Below are positions 1-11,300 of a DNA stretch of 64,000 nucleotides, piece after piece. Each line of letters opens with the position of its first letter. Position 1 is the first letter of the stretch. Below the pieces are notes generated by a model. It was not told where the DNA came from, did not search any database, and saw only the letters and a program-made list of their open reading frames with translations. The stretch covers positions 96,001 to 160,000 of IMG/VR virus record IMGVR_UViG_3300042453_001086. One strand, 5' to 3'. This DNA comes from a virus. Made by a program: the position numbers and the translations under genes.

Positions 1-21
1 AATGTTTTCCATGAATCTAAA

Positions 22-3000
22 TCAGAACATTTGTGTTTTTATAACTTTAACCTTTAGATTTGCAGTTGTAAGTAGATTGTTTGCAGTAAACAGCAATCTA
101 ACTTCATTATTATTTATTTCAGCACTGAATGAACCGAGATAAACATCACTCACTAGAGTTGCATATTCAGTCATCAAAACATCTACATTATCATGGACTA
201 ACATGATTTCTGTGGAGTGAACTCTAAGACCTTCTTCATTTTCAGTAACTTGAATCAAATACTTGCATGTGTTAGTTTTATCTTTATTGAACGAATCAAT
301 AACATGTGGAGCATATGCAGTTATAAAATCAACACCTGGCTTTTCGTATGAACCAACAACAATAATACCATAGTTATCTTCAGTATTTCCAGACTGGTAA
401 TATAGAATGGTTGGAGAATCAAACGGAACAGTAAAATATAAAATACCAGATTCTCTGTTAGTTACTCTTACTCCGTCTGAATAGTTTGATGATGGCGTGG
501 TTTCTAGGGGTTCTAAAATATCTTTTGGTTCGGTTGTAATAAAGAATGGTTCACCTGCAACAGACAGATTGAACTTATAAGATTTTCCAGGAACTAAGTG
601 TAGTGTTGGTAATGCACCTAGATTTTTATCAATGATTCTATCAACTATTCTATACTGACCGTTTAATAAGGATACATTAAAAACTGTAACTTGTTCTACA
701 TCTTCGCCCAATCCAAGTTCAAGAACGTTTCCTTCGTCGTTTGATAAAGTTGGGAACTCGTTGTTTCCTAGTAATGTTCTTCTCTTGATATTTTCTAGTT
801 TTCCTAAAGTTACACCTTTTTCTCTTAGTGCTAAAACTGACGACGAATCAATCTCAAATGTTCTCCAATCATACTTAACTACGCCTACATCACTGCTTCC
901 AGATGTTTGACCACTGAAGAAACTAGCTCTTCTTATATCCAGTTCTGTGAATCCAGCATCATATCTAACACCAGATGTCACAAATCCTTCCGAAACATAT
1001 TCTCCTGGATCTGATGCCAAATCATATGTAAATGCAGTCGGTGATGTTACAGTAACTTGGAAAAATCCATTGTAACCATATGGGAAAATAGATTCCACTT
1101 CTACCCATTGATTATTTGTTAATCCATGTGCAGTTGTTGTGGTTAACGTTACTTTTAATGTGTTACCATCCCACACAGCAGAACTCACGTTTGTTGTGCT
1201 TCCTGTTTTTAGAACATTTAGTCTATTTCCACTTATAAGAACTGGGGAGTTTGTTGATGGAACAAGACCCTGTGTTACTGGAGAATACTTGCTAATTCCA
1301 GACAAAAATACTGATTCATTTGAAATACCAGTTCCCAATCTTGCTGGAGAAATGATACCAGAAACAATATTATTAGCATTGATGTTAGTACCACTAAACA
1401 CATTCCAGTTATCTGGATTGTTTACTGGTTCGTCGAGAAGAATATATGCTATTTCTGTGTCAGTCTGATACGCAACATCTCCAGGTATTGCGATAGTCAA
1501 TCCTAGTCTTTCTTCTTCATTTGCTACTGTAAAAACGTTTACTGGGTTTGCAGGTGGTAGCAACTCTGAGTTGATTCTTCCGTTGCTATCGAGAAGAACA
1601 AGTTGACCTGGAGCACGACTAGTTGTTTTATTTAATCCAATCAGATTTCCTAGTACTGAGGGTTTATTGATGTAATCTCTTACCGCTTTCTGTGTGGGTA
1701 GAGCAGTATTTTTTGAACCAGTGCCACCACCTAATGTGTCATCTGTAGAGAACTCATAGATTGGAACACCAGGAGATGCCTTTAACTGTAGTTCATCAAG
1801 AACGCCAAGAGCAACTGCTCCACTAAAAGTAGCTTTACCAGTTCTTAAATCTACTCGGAAGAAAGGACCAACAAAGAAGTTACCATCTTGATCGGTGGCA
1901 CTTACATATGATTTTCCACTGGAAGATTCTACTGATTGAAACTCTGCTCTAGATCTGCCACCATTTTGTGGTAAAGCAGTATAGTTAATACCAGCACCAA
2001 CATATTCAAAAGTGTGCCCTGAACTATTTACAGTAGATGGAGCTCGTAGTTGAATAGCAGTATTACTTACAATCAAACCTAAATCAGAATCTGGTATTTT
2101 AGGTTGTGTTGTGAGAACCGTAATATCTGTATCTTCTTCAAATCTACTAACAATATCCACAACATATTCAACACCACTTGGGTGTGGTGGTAGATTTATA
2201 GCAGGAAACTTAATAACATAGTTTGGAAGTGCTTTTGCATCAAACCCAGTTATCTCTATTTCAGTATAAGTTGCACCACCAGTAACTATTACTTCTCCTG
2301 TTTGACTTCCACTTAAAGTTTCATATACAGAGTTCCATGAAATATTTAATAATATTTCTACAATATTATCAGATAATACTATTCTGTTAACTTCTAAGGC
2401 AGTTCCATTAATATATGATTGTAATGCTGTTATAGCGGCACTGCTTGCTGGATTAGGAAGTATATGAGAATCAATGTTTAATGATTGATTGGGTTCAAAC
2501 TTACCAATATCTGTAGAAGAAACTTTCAAAAACATTCTAACTTTAGTGGCATCTTCTTCAAAAGATGTCATTATGATATTAGATGGAGAAGAGTTAAAGT
2601 TTGTCTTAGTGAGGTTATTGATCTCAGAAACGTTACCAATAAAGAATGGATATGGATTGTTGCTATATCCAATAGCTTTTAGACCTTCATTGCCAAAGTT
2701 GGTTGCTGAGTTTGTAATCGATGTGTATGCTCCACTTTCACATAATACACCAACATCTTCAAAAACTTCAAACACCGAAACCAACTGTGCATATCCATCA
2801 TTTTTTAAGTGGAAACCGATGCCACCAGAAACAACTTGTGTGAAAGCATCACACACCATAGATTTGATAGGAGTATTTGGTTCTAGTTGATCGCCATCAA
2901 CTAATATACCACCAGCTCTAGTTTTTCTAGCATCATAGGTTTCCACTCCATTGATAACTTCACTATAACTGTCTCCTAAAACAGAAATGGCAGAGCAGTT

Positions 3001-5103
3001 TTGTGTGTATGGAGATAAGAAAATTCTTTCTTTTGGTGGAATAAATCTAAACTTTCTGGCACTTAAGTTTGCTGTGGGTGTGGTTACTAATACTAGTTGA
3101 GTGTCGTTCGTTACCGATAAAATTTTATATGTAGTATCATTTGATGGATTAGAATCTAAATCATCAAATCTAATAAAACCACCAGCAAAACATTGTTCGG
3201 TAAACTTAGTATTTGTTCCTGTTACTGTGGGCGTGCTGGTTTGTAAAGAAACTCTGCCTTTACAAACAATACCATCTTGATCTGGATATGCTACAGCGTA
3301 TCTCCATGTTCTTGCGCCCTGTGTAACAACAGAACCACTAATATGTCTAGCAGGTTCTACAAGTGCTTGTTCACCTGTAAGAGGGTTGTTTATGTTTCTT
3401 GTTTTAATAGTAAGAACATTTCCATCGAGATCATCAACTTCCATCCATTCTTGATTCACCAGAACATATCCTGGACCAGGATTGATTCTGGGTGCATCAT
3501 TTCCATCAAGAATAGATATGACTATGGAAGTTAAGTTATCAATGTTAGTTACAACATTGGAGCAGTCTCCTTCAATAATAGTTCCATAATCTTCTACAAA
3601 CTCTGGATTATTGTTAACTGTTGCGGCGTCTTGAACATATGCTTTAGCAGCAAATGAAGCTCGGTTGAAAGCAAACTTAGTTTCTTCAAACTCGCCAACA
3701 ATGTGATCTAAATTTCCTAAAGCATCGAAATAAGACTGACCAACATCGATCGAATGCATGTTACCGCCATATTTTAGATCGTTGATCAATCCATCAATAA
3801 AATACCCAATATCTCTTTTACATGTTGCGTCTCCACCTTGATCTATGCCATCTGGAATAACTAGATCTGGATATTCCAGGACCATCTGATTAAAAGCATA
3901 ATCAATGATTTCTTGACGACGGAAAGTTAATATATTCGCTCCATCTTTAAATATCCCATCAACTCTTTTGAGTGTATGTCCAGGAAATAGATTGATTACT
4001 GTTTCTGAGGGACTTATTTCTCTATCTGCTCCAGTATTTAAAACACCAACCCCTCTAGATGCATCCGATGGGTTAGAAACATCACCATAGTTATCTCTAA
4101 AAACAAGATAGTTAATATAAGATCCACTAGTTACCCAAAGAAAATCTTTGCCGTCATTTAGAGGTCTAACGATAGTCTCTCTTAGGTTATCTCCAACTAT
4201 AGATGTACCTTTGGGAACATAGATAGGATTATCTTCATAATACTCTCCAGAGAACATTCTAATAGTAATGTTACCATTAGTATTTCTGGCAATCTCACAT
4301 GCTTTTTTGAGAGTTTTTACTGCATTTCGTACTGATAACCCACTTCTATCATCACTGCCATTTCCATTCACAAAAATAACAGTGCCAACTTCTTCTTCGC
4401 TGAGAGGAATGGGAATGCCCCACCCACCTGACGTTTTTGGTCCATAAAGATTTCTAGATGTAGTATCGATATAGAAATCGTTTATTTTTCCTAGAGTGCT
4501 AAGGGGAGCTCCTGATCCAGATAAGAACTGTTCCGACAATGAAATAGGTTCTGCCCAATCACCTTCTGTTTTTGGACCATATAAATCTCTTGAGGTTAAA
4601 TCAAGATAATAATCGTTATTTTTCCCTAAAGAAGAACTTGGTTCTCCTGACCCAGAAAGAAGTTGTGGAGATAATGAAGTGGCAGTTAAACTCCACCCAG
4701 ATTCTGTTTTTGGTCCAAATAGATCTTGTGTAGTCGTTTTAATGTAAAAACTACCAAGAACGCCATCAGAAGGAGATGGATTTGTTTCCCCAAATAAAAG
4801 ACCTTTGAAGTTTATTGGTTCAGTTGGCCAAACATTGTTTTCTTTGGGACCAAACAACTCTTCTGTAGTTGTGTTAATATAAAAATCACCATTGGTGCCA
4901 GTAGTATTTTCTGGGTCAGTTGTTCCATTTAGAAGCAATCCCGATGTTGGGTCGAGAGAGTTTCCAATGGCGTTGATAGCCGATACTATATCAGTTTGAG
5001 CAGTATTTAGTAAACTGAGATCACCAAGATCTTGACCAATATTGTTGATTACTTGACGTTGCTGCTCAAACGTATAGTTTTTTAAGACTTCTCTAAGTGC
5101 CAT
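22..5103 (-). CDS. Large virion fibre/structural protein (1693 aa)
   Basis: N-terminal TFEQQRQVIN fibre-type start, five GxGxP..GDFY..LYGPK..W repeats, pectin-lyase-like beta-helix region; lies downstream of VrlC-like gene. Confidence 0.8.
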   Translation of the reverse strand: MALREVLKNYTFEQQRQVINNIGQDLGDLSLLNTAQTDIVSAINAIGNSLDPTSGLLLNGTTDPENTTGTNGDFYINTTTEELFGPKENNVWPTEPINFKGLLFGETNPSPSDGVLGSFYIKTTTQDLFGPKTESGWSLTATSLSPQLLSGSGEPSSSLGKNNDYYLDLTSRDLYGPKTEGDWAEPISLSEQFLSGSGAPLSTLGKINDFYIDTTSRNLYGPKTSGGWGIPIPLSEEEVGTVIFVNGNGSDDRSGLSVRNAVKTLKKACEIARNTNGNITIRMFSGEYYEDNPIYVPKGTSIVGDNLRETIVRPLNDGKDFLWVTSGSYINYLVFRDNYGDVSNPSDASRGVGVLNTGADREISPSETVINLFPGHTLKRVDGIFKDGANILTFRRQEIIDYAFNQMVLEYPDLVIPDGIDQGGDATCKRDIGYFIDGLINDLKYGGNMHSIDVGQSYFDALGNLDHIVGEFEETKFAFNRASFAAKAYVQDAATVNNNPEFVEDYGTIIEGDCSNVVTNIDNLTSIVISILDGNDAPRINPGPGYVLVNQEWMEVDDLDGNVLTIKTRNINNPLTGEQALVEPARHISGSVVTQGARTWRYAVAYPDQDGIVCKGRVSLQTSTPTVTGTNTKFTEQCFAGGFIRFDDLDSNPSNDTTYKILSVTNDTQLVLVTTPTANLSARKFRFIPPKERIFLSPYTQNCSAISVLGDSYSEVINGVETYDARKTRAGGILVDGDQLEPNTPIKSMVCDAFTQVVSGGIGFHLKNDGYAQLVSVFEVFEDVGVLCESGAYTSITNSATNFGNEGLKAIGYSNNPYPFFIGNVSEINNLTKTNFNSSPSNIIMTSFEEDATKVRMFLKVSSTDIGKFEPNQSLNIDSHILPNPASSAAITALQSYINGTALEVNRIVLSDNIVEILLNISWNSVYETLSGSQTGEVIVTGGATYTEIEITGFDAKALPNYVIKFPAINLPPHPSGVEYVVDIVSRFEEDTDITVLTTQPKIPDSDLGLIVSNTAIQLRAPSTVNSSGHTFEYVGAGINYTALPQNGGRSRAEFQSVESSSGKSYVSATDQDGNFFVGPFFRVDLRTGKATFSGAVALGVLDELQLKASPGVPIYEFSTDDTLGGGTGSKNTALPTQKAVRDYINKPSVLGNLIGLNKTTSRAPGQLVLLDSNGRINSELLPPANPVNVFTVANEEERLGLTIAIPGDVAYQTDTEIAYILLDEPVNNPDNWNVFSGTNINANNIVSGIISPARLGTGISNESVFLSGISKYSPVTQGLVPSTNSPVLISGNRLNVLKTGSTTNVSSAVWDGNTLKVTLTTTTAHGLTNNQWVEVESIFPYGYNGFFQVTVTSPTAFTYDLASDPGEYVSEGFVTSGVRYDAGFTELDIRRASFFSGQTSGSSDVGVVKYDWRTFEIDSSSVLALREKGVTLGKLENIKRRTLLGNNEFPTLSNDEGNVLELGLGEDVEQVTVFNVSLLNGQYRIVDRIIDKNLGALPTLHLVPGKSYKFNLSVAGEPFFITTEPKDILEPLETTPSSNYSDGVRVTNRESGILYFTVPFDSPTILYYQSGNTEDNYGIIVVGSYEKPGVDFITAYAPHVIDSFNKDKTNTCKYLIQVTENEEGLRVHSTEIMLVHDNVDVLMTEYATLVSDVYLGSFSAEINNNEVRLLFTANNLLTTANLKVKVIKTQMF

Positions 5104-5314
5104 GTTCTTTTATAAACTCTCGTAGAAGGGATTTTAATTCTAGCATTTCATTTTTCAATACCTCGATATCAGAGTTCATCTGAGAAAGATTCAGATTATT
5201 TCTTCTGATACGTCTAGACTGTTCAAATACTTCTTTATCAGTATTTATAATCGCTCCTGTATGCCTGTCACGATAAAGGTTGTCGTAACCTTCTACTGGT
5301 ATATAATCTTTCAT
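5093..5314 (-). CDS. Conserved cyanophage-type hypothetical protein
   Basis: MKDYIPVEGYDNLYRD..GAIIN; ATG at 5314 abuts the upstream stop; C-terminal coiled coil. Confidence 0.75.
   Translation of the reverse strand: MKDYIPVEGYDNLYRDRHTGAIINTDKEVFEQSRRIRRNNLNLSQMNSDIEVLKNEMLELKSLLREFIKEHGT
5242..5249 (-). promoter_or_regulatory. T4-type late promoter TATAAATA (internal, may drive the 1693-aa gene)
   Basis: Exact TATAAATA about 140 nt upstream of ATG 5103. Confidence 0.5.
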
Positions 5315-5315
5315 T

Positions 5316-8300
5316 TTAGTATGAAGCAACGATTCTCACATCTTGAACCTTGGGCACAAAAACGGGTTGAGAACTTCTCATTACAATTTTTACTCCATAT
5401 GAAGAAAACTCATTTAGACCAGATACGCTATACTTATATTCTTTATAAGAAGATTGAGATTCTAGATACGCAGCAATAGTGTTATCCGAAGAAGGTAACA
5501 CTGGTACATCTGGTTCCCCAGATTGATTAAATGGGGTCCAATCTAAATCATCAAAGTTGTATTGTGATGATACATCTTTAGTTTTATAATACACTAAAAT
5601 ATCATCACTATTAAATACATTCGCGGTCAATCTTACATCTACTGATGTAGAACCATTTTCTATAACTATTTCTTTGGTGGTATATTCCGCTAAAGAAGAA
5701 GTGTTATTAGTAGAAGTGTCTGGCACATATAATACACCAGGAGTATAATCAATCTGTTTTATTTCGGTGAAAGATTCTGTTCCAGATACAATACCTTGAT
5801 AAGACAGTAAATCACCAACACGGAAAATATCTGCCTCCTGTGTAGCAACAGAAGTATCTTTTCTAGCGTAGATTGATCCAAATGTCGCTGCACTTGTGTA
5901 GTTATCATTCAATGGTTTTTTGTTATTAGAAACTGTTAACTCTCTTCTAGAAGAATCCCAGTTAATAATTTTTCCTTGAATGAGACCAGTGTATGTTTTT
6001 TCTACATCTGTTTTTTCTATTGCAACCACATCTGTACCAACTACAAATTCTGGAACAACTTCGATTGGTGATGCAGACCCAACAAAAACTGATGTATCAG
6101 TTGGGTTGTTTCTAAAGATAAGATTTTCAGAAGGTTGGAATAAAGTGTCGGTTGACATCTTCACATAAAGTTGACCAGAATCTAGTTTAACTATAGTTCC
6201 TACAGCTTTACTGGTAAACCCAGTTACTATAGCAGGCACCGATGGACTTCCAACATCAATATTTAAAGGATTTTGTGAAGTAATCTGGAATCTATATACT
6301 GGATAGAATTTCAGTACTTGATCTCGTCTCCCATATCTATTTTCATATCCAGAAGGTTTTTCGATAATATTATTGATTAGTTTCACTGAGCAAAGACGTA
6401 AATCAACAACTGGTGATAGGAATGATGATGTAGAAGACATCTCAATCTTATATGACAATGATTTTTCAGTTATTGTTTGGTTCTTTAACTCATTCAACCT
6501 AGACATTACAACCTTTTGGTTATCGAAGAAATGCTCTTCGTTTAAGAAAGTTCTCTCGTATCCATTATTATCTAGTGATTGTGAGTATGTCGAATAAGTT
6601 ACAGAACCAGAATCTACAGGAACAATATTTGTTGTCTTAATACTTGATAGAACAGTGGTATTGTCAAAAGATAAGAAACCTATTTGTGCATATGATTTTT
6701 CAAACTTCTTATTGTAAGATGCTTTAACAGTTGATCCACCACCAAATAACGTAGAAGTTGCTGGGATTTCTGATTTGATGTTATAGAAGTTAGATCCACT
6801 GTTATAAACTTTGAAGAAGCTATTATTCAAGTAATCATCCGATATTCCAGCAATAGTCTGTGCATTCTTGAACGAAACATATGATTTACCACTATCTTCA
6901 AATCCATTATGTCTATGATTTATTTTTACAATAGATTTGTTGTTCTTGAATAGCTCGGAAGTTGCATTTGTTGAAGCAGATGAATCCGTTTCGATTGGAT
7001 TTGGGTCTAATAACTCATACCCTAAATCTTCGTTAGTTAACTCAATAATAGCAGTTTTTGAAGTATCAAATTGAGCTCTGTAAATAGTAAACTTAATATC
7101 TTCAAAAATATCTTCTACCCAAGTATTGATATTTTGCGAACGGAATACAGATCCCAATAGTGGTTGTGAAGTTACCGCAGAGTTTGTTGAAACTTCGGTT
7201 TGCCCTAGTTCAGAAGTCCAAATACTATAATCAATAGAATCACTTTCTACTACGAAAGCATATTCTGTATTATTTTGCAAATAGACTGGATATTCAAACT
7301 TAAACTTGGTTGGGGTAGTAGAATCTGTAGCAATATCCGAACCAGGATCAACGGCAACACCCATTCTTATAGCAGGTGTATCGATAGTAAGGATAGATTC
7401 TATTACAGCCCCACTTGGAGCAGTGCCTGTGCCAGTGATGATAACTGATGGTGCTTCGGTGTATCCAGAACCATTGATTATCAAAGAACTTTCAAAAACG
7501 TTTCCGTCGTAGCATTTTCCAGATGCAGTTGCAACTGCTCCACCAGGAAGTTGTGGACTTTCTATAGTTAGATTGACAGTTTCATATCCAGATCCCATAT
7601 TTTTAATATACAATCCAGTTATTCTTCCAGAATCTTTTGCTGTAGTTACTTTCAAATCAGTATTTGAAGTAGCATTGAAACTAGTGAGAGATGTAAACAA
7701 TAGATTTTCATTCTGTTTAAAATCAACTCCATTGTGATTACTTAAAACTACAGTGTAAACCTGATCATTATTTAATGTAAATCTATTTTGAGTGTCTACG
7801 GGTAGTTCAGCACCATTTCTATCAATAACGGTCTTGAGTGGTCCAGAAGCTCCAGACACTTGACCAACTGCATTTTCTCCTTTTGTGATCTTGAGAACAC
7901 CGTTGGTGTAAACTTTAATATAGGTGTCTGGCAGTAAAACAGATTCCGAACCAGGAACAACATAGTTTCCAGGTTTCCCAGATTCAATGTTAGTTAGATA
8001 AACTTTTACTGGTATGCTACTACTTTTTTTGTTGAAGAACAGATCCATTCCAGTAACAAATACTCCACCAGGAGTATTCTCTATCTTAAATGATTGTGAG
8101 ATTGGATTTGGTTTTACAGAAGCTCCACCTACAGTCTGCACTCCTTCATCTGATCTAAACTTAGCTGGATATGTAGAAACTATTGAAGATGGTTGTTGTG
8201 GTAATGCACCAGTTGCATAATAGTTGACTTCGGTATAAGAATCAACACTACTATCATTTTTTCCATCTACACTAGTAGTAAATCTGATAGTTTTGATACC

Positions 8301-11300
8301 TGTAGTAAACTTCAGTGAGTTTGGCACTCCAGTTTGCTCTGAAGTATCATAAACAATACTATCTAATGAACCGCCCCATGAAGACAATGGTTGTGGGGGC
8401 AATCCATTTGGAATAATCAACAATCCACTAGCATTTCCATTTGCGTCTGTAGTAATACTGGGGAACGCAACATCTGTGAATGGACCTACAGAATTTCCTC
8501 CTATTCCAGTAAAATCATAATCTTGTGCTACCCATCTATCTATGTTTTTATTATCCATGAAAACATAGAACTGGGAGTTTGGCTTCATTCTTTGTAGAAC
8601 AAAGAATATTGCATTTGATCTACAAATAGGATTGATGTATGTACTTCCAGTGCCTCTGCCAGATTCATTATTCTGAGGACTAATATTAGAGGAAGTGGCA
8701 ACAGTTGCAGAAACTGTATTTGCTAAAGATGTTTCGCTGCTTAATGAAGATAAAGCGTTTGTGGTGAAAAATACTCTATTTGCTCCGATCCAGTTAACAA
8801 TAAAATTATTGTAAATACTTTCATAACCAAGTCTAGAATCATTCTTTGAATAGAAGACGGAGAATATTTTTGAATCATTATCCAAGATTATTGGTTGGGA
8901 TTTTTCATCATACCATTGATCTGCAGAAGGACTAATAAATGCATCACCAACATACTGAAGAACAACAAATGGATTAATATTTGTTGTTGTGGTTGCAAAA
9001 TTATTTCCGATGAAAGATGTATCTGAATATGGTAAAGTTAAAACATCTCCAGATTTTTTATAACCACTGAAGAATCTTTGATCTTCTCTGGTGTTGACTT
9101 CTTTCAATCGTAATGATGTTTCTCTGGACGTTGCTCTCAAAACAGATTGCTGAGTATCAATAGCACATTTATATGATAAAGAAGCAACATTTCCAAAAGC
9201 ATGGTTCTGGAAATTGTCAACTGCAAATCCACTCTTAAATCTATCGAGACCTAAATCATCCTTTATCTGCATATTTAATGCTTGCTGCTCAAGCATACTC
9301 AATAAAGTATACTCTTCTAGTCTTTCGATCCTCTTCTCTAGTTTGCCAATATCTCGCATAGTATAGCGACGATTATCAACAGGAATGATGCGAACATCTA
9401 CGGGTGATAATGTATAGGCTGGGATGTACGCATAATAAAGAGGTATAGAGTCTTCAATATCCGAAGGTTTTGTTGGGTTTAGTGATGAGTTTCCTTCTTT
9501 AACGAAAAAGTCTCCCTTCTTGTTTAAATAGATGCCATCGATTCTATCCAAATACTGATTCGTGTTAAAAGATATTGTATATTCAATATTGGAATCTACT
9601 GCAGGGGTGCTTGAAATAATACCACCAGAACGAATAAAACTAGTGGAGTCTTCAACGGAAAGAAGAGAAGTATCTTGATAACCAGAGATGATAGCAGTGC
9701 TATCTACTTTTGGTCTAAAATCAATAACATCTCTTAAAGCCACTCTTCCATAAACGGTGGAGTTGAAGTATGGGATTTCGTCAAGAGGTAACCCAGACTC
9801 GTGGGTATAAGAATCGATCGTACAGAAATCTCCTTGGGAATGCTCAAAATAATCAAATGTAACTAACAGTTGACCATTTGGGGGATCAAATCCTGGTTTT
9901 AAGACAATCCTAGAAACATCATATAATGTATCTCTTTGACCATCATCAAAAGTAAATCTATCTGTTATGTCGATACCTGATACTAGATTTCCAGCGGAAT
10001 CTACAGATGGAGGTGCAGTAATAGAACCCTCATAGATTTTTATCAAACGATATGCATCTGAGTATGTGAGAATGTCATTACTATCAGAATCATAATCATA
10101 TCCTCTTAAAGGAATAACTCTATCTCCTGGAGAAGCAATGACGATTCTTCTATTTTTTACAGCAGTTTTAAGTCTAGCTCTTGCCTTAGAAACTTCTACC
10201 GTTGCGGTGAGTTTTATCTTTGGGAAGTTTGTGCTAGTTCCAAAGAAGTTTAATGGAAGATTTACAGTAACGCTACCAGCAGTTAATCCTGTACTGTCAT
10301 CGGTTGAGTTAGCAATAACAACCTTGTCAGAAGTTAAGTAAATAATATCGCCAGTCTCGACTGTAGTTGCTCCTCTTTTGTCTAGGACTGTTAATAAGAA
10401 TGCTTCTTGTGAGAAAGAGACAAATCTCTGTGTTCCAAATGGGAGTTGAGCAGCAAATGTCAAACCACCACCTGAAGTGGAAGCGGTTGTTACAAAATCT
10501 CTTCTAAAGTAATATTTTATTTTAGAATCAGCCGAAGTTTCTTCTATTGATTTGAGGTTCTTTGCACCAGCTGGAATAATCAAGGAAGAGTTAGTAGCAT
10601 TATCAATTTTTGGTCGGATTCTAATAACGTTCGATGCGGTGACATTTTCTGTCAAAACTCCATCTAGATACACTCTCGAACGAATCAAACTTCCTGGTTT
10701 GGTGACGTATTGAACTACAGATCTTACTAGTTTGTTGTTTGAATCTGTAAACTGAATGATATCTCCTTGAATCAAATCATTTGATGGGTCGCCAGAAAAT
10801 CCAGAACACTCTATGTATTGAGATCCCTTTGAACCAAAAAATGTGAAATCAGTTAAAGTTTTTGGAACAAAATAACTTATATCTTGATTAACAACATCAC
10901 ATGTAAATGTATTACTGTTTCCTACACCAAATGTTGAATGTATTGATTTTACGTTTTCTGCAGAATAGTTGACAACAGTGTTTCTATATAATACTGGCGT
11001 CAACTTGGCATATGTAGTTGGTGTAGTAGAACTATTAATATTTAATATTGGTGGGGAAGTATAAGTTTCGGAAACTAGATTTCTATCTAAAACATTAATC
11101 TTATAAACACTACTTCCAAGTAAACTAATGCGAATAGCATTATCACTATACTGAACACCATTTAATAGAACTGTGGAATTTGAAGAATATCCACCTCCCC
11201 TCTCTTTAACGATAATATGAGAAAGTGTATTTTCTCTGGCAATTCTCCTGGAGTTACCAATCTCATCGGTAATAGTTTCTCCTGGTCTAAACTGTCCAGA

